Assembly (NCBI GenBank): GCA_951406725.2
Contig: OX597822.1
Span: 6,758,001 to 6,822,000, forward strand
Direction: 5' to 3'
DNA from: Octopus vulgaris
Taxonomy: Eukaryota
Length of the DNA stretch: 64,000 bases
Part shown: positions 40,047 through 54,816 of the stretch, piece by piece
Layout of the letters: every line of letters starts with the position of its first letter
Position numbering within the stretch: position 1 is the stretch's first letter
Made by a program: the position numbers and the translations under genes
Notes under the pieces: generated by a model
Database searches by the model: none
What the model was told of the DNA's origin: nothing
What the model saw: the letters and a program-made list of their open reading frames with translations, nothing else

Positions 40047-40666
40047 AGAACATACACACATAAATGCATAAGGAGAGAGAAAGTGGGAAAGAGAGGCGTA
40101 AAGGCGTAGAGACAAACAGTGCTTGTATAAGAGGGAGTGAGAGTGACTAAGAGAGAAAGAGAGAGACACGCATACAGAGTGTGAGAGTGAGGGAGTATGG
40201 GGAAGAGGGACGCTGATTTCCAGTCTGTGGAACATTATGAAGTTCCAGTGTGGATTTGAATAATCTTAGCAGAGGAGATCGATCGCAATACTCATTTTTC
40301 AGTCTTGGACATCCGATATCGAATTACATTTGCTGAACCGCTTCTTTACGGAACATAAAGTAAGATGAGCGAGTTTTAAGCGGCGTCAGCATAAACATTA
40401 CCATGGAAACACAAATACAAACACACCTCAAACAGGCGCGCACGAATAAGTACATATATACATATAAATACAAATATAAATGGATAAACATAAAGCTTCC
40501 TTGGTTACTCAATGCTTTCGACCGTTAGACTTATCAAATTTTAATAAGTGAGACTATATTCACGGCCATGTGTTTGTGTATGTACGTATGTTTGGGTGGA
40601 TGGATGGATGCATGCATGCATGCATGAATTTATGTATGTATATATGTATGTATGTATGGATGGATG

Positions 40667-40737
<71 letters not shown>

Positions 40738-40810
40738 GTGTTTGTAATCATGTTCATATATACATGTATCAGTATGTGCGTTAATTATATTGGCAATATG
40801 ACTCACCCTC

Positions 40811-40856
<46 letters not shown>

Positions 40857-40862
40857 TATATA

Positions 40863-41015
40863 CGCGACTGTGTGGTAAGAAGCTTGCTTCCCAACCACAT
40901 GGTTCCGGATTCAGTCCCACTGCGTGGTAACTTGGGTTTCTTGTACTATAGCTTCAGGTGGACCAAAGCCTTGGGAGTGCATTAGGGTGGACGGAATCTG
41001 AAAGAGGTTCGTCGA
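40863..41015 (+). mobile_element. SINE family A 5' half
   Basis: CTGTGTGGTAAGAAGCTTGCTTCCCAACCACATGGTTCCGGATTCAGTCCCACTGCGTGG. Confidence 0.8.
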
Positions 41016-41344
41016 GTATATACACAAACACCCATACATACATACATACATACATACATACATGGTGGCTGCCCCCTCGTTATCGAGTATGGCCATTGCA
41101 CGAAGCTTTATCAATGTTGTTATCGTGCAATGCCTGGGGAAGAAGATTTTTTTTAAAGTGAGGAAAGGCTGTGCACTGAGTCAATCCCACTCACTAAGCA
41201 ACAGCAGCCATAATCCGAAAAGAAGAACAAGTCAACATCATCGGTAACCACTGAGCCGCAGTTTTTATGTCGGAGTTATCCCAGTTACCTGAGTTACCTT
41301 CTCCTAGAAGAATGGCGTAGCAAAGGCTAGGAGTCCTTCACTCC

Positions 41345-41462
41345 CAATAGTTTAACCGCGCGATCGGGTATTCAGTCCGATTATTTCTATGTCCCCGTGC
41401 ATGATACAGCCTTAAGACATTTATTGGATAGCCGTTGACTCTCAAGAGTTTATCCGCCCTTG
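41345..41462 (-). pseudogene. Small PLE RT-thumb-like fragment
   Basis: Reads DKLLRVNGYP (L..NGYP motif typical of PLEs); abuts a microsatellite. Confidence 0.35.
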
Positions 41463-41674
41463 TATGTACGTATGCATGTATGTATGTACATACATACATA
41501 CATACATACATGCATACGTATATATATATATACACATATTTATGACAGCATATATACCAAGACTATATTGCTTATTTACACTCGTAAACTTTCCCTCCAC
41601 ATCTGCATACAAATAGGTCATCGGTTAATTTTCAAATATGCACTTAATGGTAAACAATTCGTTTTTCTTCTGGT

Positions 41675-41922
41675 GGAGTCACTTGGCTTAGTGGTTAGGA
41701 CATTGAACTCATGATTGTAAGATTATGGCCACGATTCTTGGATCGAGTGGAACGTTGTGTTTTTAGGCAAAACACTTAATTTCACGTCATTCGAATCCAC
41801 TCACTTGCCAAAAGTGAGTAATCATGTGGCAAACCGATGTCCCGTCCAGACGAGTAATGTATATACACCGGGAAACGGGCCTTTATGAGTCATACTGACT
41901 CGAGAAGAAAACTTTACCTCTA
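41675..41922 (+). mobile_element. Old tRNA-derived SINE with CORE-like segment
   Basis: A box TGGCTTAGTGG, segment GGCAAAACACTTAATTTCAC..TCCACTCA, tail GACTCGAGAAGAAAACTTTACC. Confidence 0.6.
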
Positions 41923-44449
41923 CGTATTCGTTTTTCTTCCCTAAAACGAGAATCTCTGTAATTCTAGTAATTATAATCTAACTGCGCGATTGCGCAAGCT
42001 GATCATGCATTATTACAAATAGTTTCATTCGAAACAATAATTATACAGCTGTTGTAGCAAATGTCACAGGATTCGCAAACTTCTTCTTTATCTTCTCTTT
42101 TCCCATCTGCTGCCTGTTGAAATTTTGTCTCCAGATAATTGTCATTGATCCATCTGTACCATTTACTTTCAGTGTATTTTAATCTGATTTCAAGGTTTCT
42201 GTACTGTAAAGTCACTAACTACAGTGAATGCAAGTCACTGAGATGGGAGCAGAAAATATTATACTTTTAAGATCTTAGTGCAGACAAATAGAACACCCGA
42301 GCTTTGATCGATGAAGCGTCGCTACTAAGAAAGATAGACTGAAGTCGATATGATAAGAATGGCACATCTCTTATAGTTCTTCGTCATGATAATGTTGCAT
42401 GAACGAACAGTTTTAACCCTACAAGGTCTAATTACATTGAAAGAAGTGCAATGAATGATATTCTTCGTTGATCAATGCTAGGAGGTGGAGTGTGATTGTA
42501 TTTTGCTTTTGTTGCAACTCCGCATTTCTGTTTGTTTTTCATTCGTTTTGTGCCTTTCAGATGGTGGCGGTGAAGTAAAAACGAATACGCCATTAACTCG
42601 ATAGATTAAATTAGAGTAAAATGAGTCAGGAATTGACAGAGGAACACAGTTGTGAAAGTATAGACAGATATTTAGAGACATTATATTTTAGTACAATCGA
42701 AATATGGCTTCCTCCACGAACTGTGTTACATATTCTCACCCGAAGCTAGTAATTATCAGCGACCATTAGAATTACAATAATTTGCATAATAGGAGTTCAT
42801 TGCATATGCATGTATTGTTCTTGTCAGTATTATATTTCACATATAATTATCAGCTTATTTGTTGTAACTACTTTATATTATTATATTCTATAATATTATA
42901 TTACATTAAAATGGCGATAGCAATTGTATATGATATGACTAAGTTTATGATTGTTATGCACTAACCCGTGAGCTCTGTTCAAGATCCGGCGGTTAATTAT
43001 GTATTTTTAATATTTTGAATTAATATTTTCGTAAATAGTTTTTCTTGGTTTGCTTTCATTTATATTGTTTATTTGTTCTTCTCAGCATGTTACACTAGGT
43101 TGGCTGATTCTGAAAATTATTACATTTAAATTTCATAAAGATTGTCGATATTTATTTCACAGAATTGCATCTGCATGCAGGAAACTATGGCATTATATCA
43201 TGAACACGACCACTGAACCAGCTACAACGAACAGCCTAAATATAACTCAAATTCATACCCTGTTCTCTTAAAAGAACTTAGGACAAATTGCTCAATATAT
43301 AGGTTTTGATGTACAAAGATCACGACGATTAATTCTAAATTAACTTTAAACATATATAAGCTCATTCAGTGATGACATGAGACTCATGAAGAGCAAAAAA
43401 TATATTAGAAATAGTTTTCGTGTAGTGACCATTTGGTAACAGTGATAATCAACATTATGTAACTAATTTATACACTTAGTATATTGAACAGCTCGTCTAC
43501 AACCAAACACAATATTCAGTTGAAAAGAGCGTTCTTAAAGGCGTACTGTTTGGTGACTTAGCAGCGATAAACAAATGCGTAATATAGATATGGAAAATAG
43601 TAAAAATGAAAGGCAATTCTTATGCGTCTATATGTGTATACATATGCATATATGCATGTGGATATGTGTGTCCTTAATATATATATAGATATATACATAG
43701 GGTACCGTTCCATGATGGTAAGATCAACAAAAAAGTTCTCCGTCTGGTGAGAGATAAATATTAGTTAATAAATACAATCGTAGCACATAAAAGCATTTTG
43801 CTTTGTCAACGGGTGTCAGTATGCCAATATCATTAACACACGTACTAGTTCAATTCCACTACTTTCTAATTAGTCTGTTAAATGCCCAAGTAACTAATCA
43901 AATGTTTGTTCAACTTGGTTAAACAGTAAGTCATTTCTTTGTTTTTGTTTTGTAACCGCTTTATATTATTCAATTCTATTATATTATCTTACATACAAAC
44001 GGTGTATGTCTTCACGTGTTGTCCAACTGTGGAGTTCCCAAATTCTTGAATTTGTTATACTTATCCAAGATTCACGTACCCAGGCACGAATACTTGCACA
44101 AAAACAAAACAAGAGAACACAATTCGTTTCAACACACAAAACTTAATGGAAAGTTAATGATTATCCACAGTCTTACTAGTGTATAAATATTCCTTATTCG
44201 TTCCTGATAACGATATTTTATTTGTTGGTTATAAGCAATAATTCTTTTTAAGGAGATTACATGAATCAAAGAAAAAAACTTCTCTGATGTTTATTTCACT
44301 ACTTGGAATGACAGTTAAATCGTCGTCGAAACGCACACTTAAACACCAGGTCTTCATTGAACAATGCATTTCGTGGATGAAATACGATGCGGTGGTCGTG
44401 ACTGAATTGCTCATAGTACACATTTCTTCAAGCATGGTGAAATTTAAAG

Positions 44450-44780
44450 ACTTCCTTCGCTCACGAATGACCACGGGATTGCAGCTAGAAAGTTCTCCTC
44501 CGAGGTACAAATCTGCGCAAGGTTGTTTACGGAAGACCAGCAGTCGCCCATGCATACCAGCCCCCACTCTCCACATACCCGATTTTATCCCAAGGAAAGG
44601 CAAAGGCCGATACAGCTTGGCACCAGTGACATCGCAACTCATTTCTAGAGCTGAGTGATGTGGACCAACGTAAAGTAAATGGTATTGGTCAAGAACACAA
44701 CACTTACCTCTGTCCGAGAATCAAACTCACAACTTCATGACTGTAAGTCCGAAGGTTTAACTACTTAGCCATGCGCCTTA
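44450..44780 (-). mobile_element. SINE family C
   Basis: Minus strand AAGGCGCATGGCTAAGTAG..GAGTTTGATTCTC; body matches 16390-16550. Confidence 0.8.
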
Positions 44781-46430
44781 ACGGTAAAATTTAGGTTAAA
44801 CAGAAAGAGAAACTACTTGAAAAGTGGAAGGAGAGCTTGTATGGGTCATTCTAAATATTCGAAACAACAGCAAAATATCATAAATATCACCCAGAAATAC
44901 ATTAAACACATTGTATCTGAAAAATAGCTATGAAGTGTTTGTGGAGGAGTTACCTTTGATTATAAACTCTGTGCCATCCAAACTGACGTCTCTTCACATG
45001 AAAGGAGAATGTGCTTAACACAATTATATCTCAGTTAATGAGCAGAACCTAAGACCTCTCTGATTAGAGATACACGTATCACGGTTAATTTATTATAACA
45101 AAGTCAATATTACAATTAGATATGTTAGAAATGTTAGAATTCCACACTATCTTTCAAACTAGAATTTACTTTCATTCTCATCAGTTTTAATATTTGACTC
45201 TTTTCGACGCAGATCAGTTTTTCTTTCTATTATAATTCTCTTTTTCACTTCAACGAATATCGCAACGAACACTTTCTCGCGCTTAAAAGCTTTTGCAAAA
45301 ATATGTGTTTTCTTCATTGATAACTGGAATCTTAACTGGATATATTTCCTTAAAAATGTCCTATAGGTTTATGCAATTCCTATTATTACCATAGCATTTT
45401 ATGACATCGTTGCTGAATACGATTCTCTTTATTGTCAGCAGTCATATCTGAATTGTATGTGAGAAACGAGAAAAGAAAGCTTTCTTTTTATTTATCGGTT
45501 TGTATATTTGTGTGAACCTAATCAAAAATAAACTTATTTTGTTAGAGTGTCACGTGTTAAGTTAGTTATGCATCGCGTAATTGAACTCCTCAGACTATAT
45601 CTACGGACATAGGGGGAGGTAATGCAGAGGCTTTAACTGATATAGCGGAAGTAGAGACAATGTTGGTTGATCTACTAGAAATAACTGTCAAGAATTTATT
45701 AAATGACGCATTATTGTCTTACCTACGAAACGAAATGTTATGCAGTCCCATTTATTCTACAAAGCGGATGGGTATCATAAGACAGCTTCGATTATATGGT
45801 CATAGCGATTAGTCATTTAGAATCCAATATACTCATATTTTACACTAAACAATCTGGTCAGTACAGAACATAGCAGCAGTTAATGAATGACAGAAGCACC
45901 GTAATTACATCAGCACTTTCATTAGCTTGTAGCTATTTCGGATGCCATATTTTCAATTGGATGCATATCCCAGCCCGCGTTCTGAATTATGGGCTTACCT
46001 GGGATTATACGTAAAATAATATTGATAAAACCCCTTACCTCCCGGAACGGGATGACCTATAATCTTGGTCTTCATGCTTTTCTCTGCACCAAATTTTCTA
46101 TCTACACTTCCAATTAGAAATTCCCTGCATATATATCTTGCCTCGGATGACTGAATACCCAGTATATGAAAATGTAGATCAACATATTAGTCCGTTATCT
46201 GGGATATTCCAGAAAAGTTGTAAGACATTATTATTAACGTTTGCTTACTCTGAGTCACCATTATAACAATAAAAATAATTTAAATAATCTGACCCACTTC
46301 CAGTTATTGCAGTAAACGGAACTTGTACTGGTAAAATCTAACATGTTTCTACATGTTATATAGTAAATCGCAGCTTTCCACTAGTATTTGCTTGTCTTTT
46401 ACGGTTCCTGAAGTGGGCTATAGTGTTATA

Positions 46431-46870
46431 ATGGAGGCCATTGTATAGACTTCAGTGATCAGATTTTTATACATGAAAGGTCGTATACCAAAAGAGACTT
46501 TTGATGAGATGAAAGAAGTTTATAGTGAAGATGCACCATATTACGACATAGTCAAGCACTGGCATCAACCTTTCAAATGTGATCGAACACCGGTGGAAAC
46601 TATTCCTATCCCTGGATGACCACATTCCGACATAAAGTGGAGGCCCCTATTTTGGAGGATCACCCCATAACTAATCGGCAGTGAGCCGAAGAAGTGACGA
46701 GAAGTGTAGGGTCCGAGAAAAAAGTCATTCACGACCATTTGCACACCCGAAAGTTGTCTGCATGATGGATTCCCCAGATGCTCATATCTTTTCAAAAAGA
46801 AGAACGAATCAATTGCTCCCAGGAACTTTCGGCAATGTGCCAAGAAAACGAGGACTTTTCGGCAAATTAG
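46431..46870 (+). pseudogene. Mariner transposase N-terminal fossil
   Basis: SVIRFLYMKGRIPKETFDEMKEVYSEDAP..DIVKHWHQPFK and KLSA*WIPQML (WVP motif). Confidence 0.75.
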
Positions 46871-46935
46871 GAATAATTTAATAAAATGATTTAAAAATTA
46901 GATAAAGAAAGTATAAAATATTACCGGTTTCGATG

Positions 46936-47255
46936 ATATTATTAATTATTATTTCATCAATATTATTAATTATTACTATTTCAACAATATTATAATTATT
47001 ATTAGTTCATCAATATTATTAATTATTACTATTTCAGCAATATTATAATTATTATTATTTCATCAATATTATTAATTATTATTATTTCAACAATATTATA
47101 ATTATTAATATTTCATCAATATTATTAATTATGAATTATTTCAACAATATTATAATTATTAATATTTCATCAATATTATTAATTATGAATTATTTCAACA
47201 ATATTATAATTATTATTATTTTATCAATATTATTAATTATTATTATTTCATCAAA
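46936..47255. repeat. AT-rich minisatellite with alternating ~27/26-nt units
   Basis: TTTCATCAATATTATTAATT.. alternates with TTTCAACAATATTATAATT.., about 12 monomers. Confidence 0.9.
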
Positions 47256-47912
47256 TGTTAAGAATTTACAAAAAATTGAAAAAATATGACTGTGTGTGTA
47301 TGTGCGTGTGTGTGTGTGTATTTGTGTGCGTGTGTGTTTGCGTGTGTGTGCGTGGGTGTATATGTATGTATAACTCATTCATCCATTCATTTACTGCTCC
47401 ATTACTCGCTGAAAATATATATTGCAAATTACAAATTCTGTATATTCCTGCAGTCAAGTATCCCATTTGGTATCTAGCAAAACTCTGGATTTGATATACT
47501 TAACGCTTGTAGAAAATACCTTATTTCGAAAGCTTGACATTAAGTAGATCATCTAGCATATTATTTTGTATTATTGGTAATGATTCTGCTAAACCTAGGC
47601 AATAAAGATAACATGAAATGATACGGTTTTATTGGTTATGACTATTTCAAGTAATTTAAGGTCAGTCTGCTGATTAAAATGAACAATCAGATAAACTGAT
47701 CTATGTCAGGCAAATAAACACGTAAGCAAATATATTCAGAATTTAGCATTAGTATATTTTGTGATGTAGTTGAACGAATATATACTTATGATCTATAATA
47801 GTGCTTCGTTCTTATATATATGATCCATAAAAGTGTTTGATGTTCCTTCGCCTCTATTTCTAATTGCATTCATTCATATATGTAAATGGGATTGTGTGTG
47901 AAGGTATGTATA

Positions 47913-47975
<63 letters not shown>

Positions 47976-47980
<5 letters not shown>

Positions 47981-48912
47981 TTGCAAGATTCTTGATGTGA
48001 AATCGTGTATTGAAACAGATATTGTTGTATTTAGGAATGGTCATTTTGCCAGTTTAGCCAATAAAAACACACGCACTATATATTTGGTGATACTTTGCTT
48101 CAGCGTTATTTATTTTTTATATTAATCTTAATCTTATTTCGGCCAGAGTTCTTTCGTCACACTTCTGTCACCGCATCAGTGGTCCTTTGCTTTCTTATTT
48201 CTTATTTGTGTGTCTCTCCTTATTAACTATCAGCCATTTTGTATTTGTATTGTATGTGTCTTCATTTGCGCATGCGTATGTCTCTATGTGCGTCTATGTT
48301 TAGTTAGTGTGTGTGTGGGCGGATGCCTGTAATATTTGTATATCCTGTTTATATACTTTCGTGTAATTTGTTTTTGTTTTTGTTTATTCTTATTTTGTTC
48401 ATGTGTTTGCACCCACTTATTATTATTATTATTATCATCATTATCATTGTCATTATTGTTATTATTATTATTATTATGTACGTATGTATAACAATAATAA
48501 TAGTACTAATAATAATAACAAAAAGATAAAATTGAAAAATAAATAAATAAAATAAATAAACACAAACAAAAACAAATTACACGAACGTATATAAACAGGA
48601 GATACAAATATTACAGGCTCTTCCCCCCACACACTAACTAAACATAGACGCACATAGAGATATACGCATGCGCAAATGAAGACACATACAATACAAATAT
48701 AAAATGGCTGACAGTTAATAAGGAGAGACACACAAATAAGAAAGAAGAAAGCAAAGGACCACTGATGCTGTGACAGGAGTGTGACGAAAGAACTCTGGCC
48801 GAAATAAGATCAAGTTTTATGTAAAAAATAAATAACGCTGAAGCAAAGTATCACCAAATATATAGTGCGTGTGTTTTTATTGGCTAAACTGGCAAAATGA
48901 CCATTCCTAAAT

Positions 48913-48922
<10 letters not shown>
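47976..48922. repeat. Large inverted repeat (~375-bp arms) bounded by (TA)n; probable head-to-head PLE termini
   Basis: 48019-~48395 is the reverse complement of ~48550-48922. The spacer has (TTA)n then (TAA)n. Confidence 0.9.
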
Positions 48923-48967
<45 letters not shown>

Positions 48968-49581
48968 GTGTATGAGTGTGTTTATACATATACAAACACG
49001 AGATACAACAGGGGTGATAGACCGAATGTTGCAGAATGCTTTGTACTAATATATGGAAGGTGTTCAGAATACATATCAGCTCTGCAAAAGTTGATCTCCT
49101 ATGACAAAAGGCGACGGTGTTTATCATATTCATGTTTGAAGTTACTGGGATGTATTATGAATGAATATGACAGTCATTTTACAAACTGAGTGGATTATAG
49201 ATGGTATCTGCTCAGATTAATTCTAAAAATGGACAACATGATAGAATACATGAACGTGTATATCTAAAAAAATTATGTAAGAAAATACCTCAAATTTATA
49301 CAATTGTGTCAGTACTTACATAGTACGCATAGAATAAAGAAACTCAGTTCATATAGGATAGTACAAAAGGATGAATAACGGAATAAATAAAACAAAGTAA
49401 AGAGTTCAAAAGTGAAGCATTACCTTGATTTTAAAATGCATTAAACTACCTGTAATTATTAGTACTCGTGTTCAGTTCATTTTAGTTATCTGCCTAAGAG
49501 ATTTTGTTATGGCTACGTCATCAATAAAAATAGATGACTCTCTCTCACACCCTCCCTCCCTCTCTCACACTTTGTGTACCA

Positions 49582-49613
<32 letters not shown>

Positions 49614-49829
49614 CTCTATATATATATAAAATACAGTGTACGTTTAAACACATGAGGAATCCACTCGTGTGATTCAACACTCTAGAAAGAACAGCTAGGT
49701 TCCATAACCACAAATTCAGGGATAAAATTCGACAGGAACGAAAGGAAAAAATAAAAATATTTTTCCATCTACTTTCTTGAACCAATTGGTTTCTGATTTT
49801 AGTTTAGTAAGTAAAATAACATAGGTGTC

Positions 49830-50540
49830 AAATGAAGAGAGGGGAGGGGAGGAGGATTAGATGAAGAGAGGTGGAGAGTTGAGCCCATGTGGCGCAAAGG
49901 AGCGAAGAGAGAAGATTAATCTCTCTCATGGTGAAGACGTGAGTCCGGTTAGCCCCATGTGCAAGGACAATCCGAACACAGACAGGTGTTACATTCTTTA
50001 CATTCTTTATATTTCACAGGTGTTGCAAAGAGTGATCGATACATGCTCTAGCAAGGGCAGTGTGTTTAGTGGTGAAGGCATATCCACGTTGGACGAAGTG
50101 GCGAGCCATGAGTTGAGACTGAGTCAAAATCATTGTCACACTGCAGAGCCTGCGTAGACAGAGTAATTAAAAATAGGGGATGGGTAGCTTGGTGTATTTA
50201 GCGTGGGAGGAGAAGTTGAGGTATGAGTGTGTTTCTGTGTGTTTTAAGTGGATGGATGTGGTGAGAGTGGAGAGATAAATGCTGACGAAAATGTCAAGAA
50301 GGGACACAGGAGTGTAAGATATAGTGCAGGAAAAGTGGGAGCGTGAGGTCGCATCGATACATTCGTCAATATAACGGCCGTATGGTTCAGGAGGGGGACC
50401 AGTGAAACTTGAGAATATTTGGGTCACAACGTAGCCAATGAACAGATTCGCATAGTAGGGCACATTCTCATTCCTATGGCCACTCCCGAGACCTGCTGGT
50501 AAAAATCACCGGCGAACGAGAAACAATTGAGTAAGAGACA
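49830..50540 (-). pseudogene. PLE reverse transcriptase fossil
   Basis: FSFAGDFYQQVSGVAIG.RMCPYYANLF, YGRYIDE, SLLDI, HTETHSYL, IPY. Confidence 0.85.
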
Positions 50541-50618
50541 GAAACACACACACACATATACACACGAAAACTCATGTGCAGATATACATTTACATAAAGA
50601 CACAATACACCTTTACAC

Positions 50619-50671
<53 letters not shown>

Positions 50672-50723
50672 TGTGTATTATGTGTGTATAAATACATACG
50701 TACATACACACACACACACACAT

Positions 50724-50772
<49 letters not shown>

Positions 50773-50773
<1 letters not shown>

Positions 50774-50953
50774 AGGGAGAATTCACAAAAAACAAAAAAG
50801 GAAGAGAGGTGGTATAGACATCAAACAGATGCATTAGTATAACGCTAGGGAAGTGAAAAGGTCTTTAACGTTTCGAGCCAACACTCTTCCACAGAAAGGA
50901 ACACAGAAAGAAACAAGCATAGAAAATTAAGAATTTGTAGTGGCTAGCGAGAC
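50773..50953 (-). mobile_element. ~185-nt HHR-like element
   Basis: Minus strand CCTTT CTGTGGA A GAGT GTTG GCTC GAAAC GTT AAAGAC; the 3' end CTCCCTA abuts a TA/TG tract. Confidence 0.7.
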
Positions 50954-52092
50954 AAATTATTTCCTTCTGTAAAATTAAATAAAATTTTGTTACTTTAGTT
51001 ATATACTATCATCATTTTTATATAAAAAATGCTATAGTTCATAATAATAGTAATTTGTTTAACATCTTGAGTAAATGAATCGTTGATTAAAATATTTCTT
51101 AATGGATTTAGTGTTTCAATAAAATGTATTCATATTTATTTATTTAATTATTCATCATAGTATATAGCAAATTTAAATAAAATATATTTCCTACTCCACC
51201 ATAAATTCTTCACATATTATATAGATTTTCTTATATAATATAATTGCCAGTGATTATTTTCGATTAAAATATTTTGAAATTAATTTTATTGGCTACGTAT
51301 AAGAATATTTTATGACCACTGCAATTGTTTTGTTTACTTAATTTTTATTATTTATTTGAATTTTGTTTATGTTTTTATTATACTTATTACATCTTTGAAT
51401 TATTAACGCTCACGCTTGTAAATACAGGTATATTTGAAATCAGTCTATTTTATTATTTAGCAGACTTGCATGAAATTTGTGTCTGCTTTTGGAACAAATA
51501 TTACCCTGGGGAAATTCATAAGCATAAATGTGAATTTTTATAGCTTCACTAGTGGATATCAGTCGAAAGAAATTGTTGGATTTATATTTGTTTTAATTAT
51601 TCCTTATATTATATAGTATTGTATCCTTTTATAGTATAATTATATTTTATATTATAATGTAAATAAATTTTTAATATGTCAATTGTATTCGTATATTTCC
51701 TTTAATATTTGTATATTGCAATTATGTCATTTTATTTGTGGTATTCAGTTGAAGTACCATTCAAAATTGGATGTTTCCATCATTTTTATGGAAATGTTTT
51801 TTCCTTACATTGATATATATATATATATATATAAATACATAAATTATAAGAGAGATACCAATATGTGGATAGCTCTAGTGCTAAAAATAGCTCCGTTACT
51901 AGTATAGCCACAGAAAGATGTTTTCAAGAAGAAATAACATTACATTTAACGAAGGAAAGTGAAATATAACGAAAAAATAGATTGACCCTGAACAATTGTT
52001 TAATTACTAATGTAATATGTAATTTTACTTAAATACACATCTATAAATCATCGGCAGAGGTTTGTCTTAAATACAATTTATTAGACCCTCGT

Positions 52093-52451
52093 GTGGGCAG
52101 CGGACTCGCGGTCGTAGGATCACGGTTTAGATTCCCAGAGCGGGCGTTGTGAGTGTTTATTGAGCGAAAACACCTAAAAGCTCCACGAGGCTCCGGTAGG
52201 GATGCTGGTGATCCCTGCTGTACTCTTTCACCACAACATTCTCTCACTCTTACTTCTTGTTTCTGTTGTACCTGTATTTCAAAGGGCCGGCCTTGTCACT
52301 CTCTCTGTCACGCTGGATATCCCCGAGAACTACGGTAAGGGTACACGTGTATGTGTAGTGCTCAGCCATTTACACGTTAATTTCACGAGCAGGCTGTTCC
52401 GTTGATCGGATCAACCGGAACCCTCGTCGTCGTAACCGACGGAGTGCTTCC
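52093..52451 (+). mobile_element. SINE family B, slightly 5'-truncated
   Basis: High identity to the reverse complement of 19642-20028. Confidence 0.9.
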
Positions 52452-54749
52452 TAAAAGAATTTCATAGCGATTAATTTACAGACTCGGCAGAGCCCTGAAA
52501 TCTACAGAAAATTATTGTAATTATAGCATGAAAAACAAACAGTGCTGCTTCATAAGTAAGTTATTGATCGACTGTAAACGCCAAGTATGCGTCATTTATA
52601 CAAGAGAATGTTACAGATATATACTGCCGGGATAAATCTGTATAGAGTATCACATATCTTACGCTTCTGAGTAAGTGTCATGAAATATTGGAACTAGTTC
52701 AGATCATCTTTAATTTCAGTCGTGTCTGATTGTATAAATCTGTGACTTTTCCCATTATTTGCATATTATTTACACCAGCAGTGCTGCTTGATATCTCTGA
52801 GCTTGTTATGCAGTATGTTATGGCATCAATAAGGAATACTGCTAATGCATCTATTTATTATTTATTAACAAAGGATACGTTATTTCGTTATTTGTTCGGC
52901 AAATATATTGGTTGTATGCACAGCAAAGGAAGTAGTCAGTGAACTGTCACTTGGTCACTTGCTCTGCAAGATGTAGGAGTTTAATCTCCTTGAATTACCC
53001 CACATCAATTTTAGTAGGGAAATATTAGATGATGTAGTCCGAAGTATAATTTGTCTGAAACGAGACCCTGATTGTAATGGATGCGTTCCCGTTATTCATG
53101 GATTTTCTCGACTGGTTTTATCCCCAGAAAATACAACAAAAATCTTGCCTCATCTTTCCGTGCCTCACCTACCAGAAACTATACCTGTTATCCCCTCTCC
53201 CAATATATCATTTCTAGAACATTATATTTCTTAAAGATCTATATTTTCACTTTTATTTGTTATCGACGATTCACTCAAAGTACAGGGATATTTCAAACTC
53301 GCTAACCATTCTTCATAAATCAGTCATTTAAGAAACAAAATTGTTATAATCATTGTACTCATTACCTATATTACCTGATACAAAAAAGCGTCAGTGTAAT
53401 TATGCCTGAGAAATTATAATTAAAATAACCCTCACAGAACCTCCCACTTACTTTCAGAGATAAGCGATATGACTCAAATTAGTTCTGAAATTTTAAGATG
53501 CGTAAGTTTATCTCACTGAGCTTTTGTGTATATATATATACACACAACATCTATTAAAAAACGCATTATTTATTTTATCCATAAAAACCGAGACAGTGAG
53601 GCATCGGTAAAAGAAACCTAGAATATATTTATCTAGATGAAATAAAGTAAATAACGAGGGTACATTCATTGCAAAATAGATTATCGGATTAATGCAACGT
53701 GAAGTTATCTTACAATTACTAAGGATGCGACACGATGGCTTGTTCTCATAGCTGCTTGAAATTTAATCGAATTTCAGAAATTATATTCAAAGAAATGTAT
53801 AAATACCTCTTCCTAATTAGTGTCGGATTTCATGCTGTATATTGCATCGGAAATGATATGATTTTATGAGAGATTATGAATGTGGAAATGTTGACTGTTT
53901 CTTTTAGCCCAGCATTAATATTCTGGTTAGATTTACAGTTACTATATATTTTAGCACCAGAATATTTGCTAATTGATTGCTTTAAATATTTTACTAAATA
54001 CTGAGGAGTTTGCAGAATAGGTATACGTACATTTCTTTAACTCGTATTTATGTATCAAATTATTCATATTTTCTACATATTTAACGTCGGAAGTACTGAA
54101 TAATCAATCATATAGGTGGTAATTTATGACTCATTTACTTCTAGGTAATAATCAGAGAAGTTTTCGATATTCTATACACATTTTAATAATTAATAGACTC
54201 GTATATTAGTGATAAATGGCATGTGTTTTCGTGTAAACGTTTAATCTGTCTGAATGTTATAAATTTATGCATATTGTACTAACATCAAAGATAATGAAAA
54301 TTAATGCTGGCATCCTTTTTCGTGTGTTCGAGTAAAATACAATTGTTATAGCTGCTTCACAATTTATATTTCTAGTGAACGAAAGCTAGAACACAAATGA
54401 TGCTTTCTGGTTTCAAGTGGGTTAGTAATAGAAAACACTATGTAGAGAATATGAGATGTTTAGTAGTTCGGTTTTTCTTCAGCTGCGAATATAACTCATA
54501 TAATATTTATATACAAGCACACTTGGGTCTTCAGTGTTATATGTCTCCGCTACATAAGTACATAACAAATGTAAGGAAGAGATAGGGATACCTGCTCTTC
54601 TGACTGCCTTTCCGACAAAATATTACGTTTTGAATATATCGTATAGCAATGCGGAGAATAACATTTGCTTACAATGAAGTATAACATATATATTATAATA
54701 TAAACAAATGTATATGCATATCTATGTATGTGTGAGTGCGTGTGTATGT

Positions 54750-54816
<67 letters not shown>

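Noticed and set aside
46936-47255. CRISPR-like periodicity
   Set aside because: No unique spacers, no cas genes, eukaryotic context.
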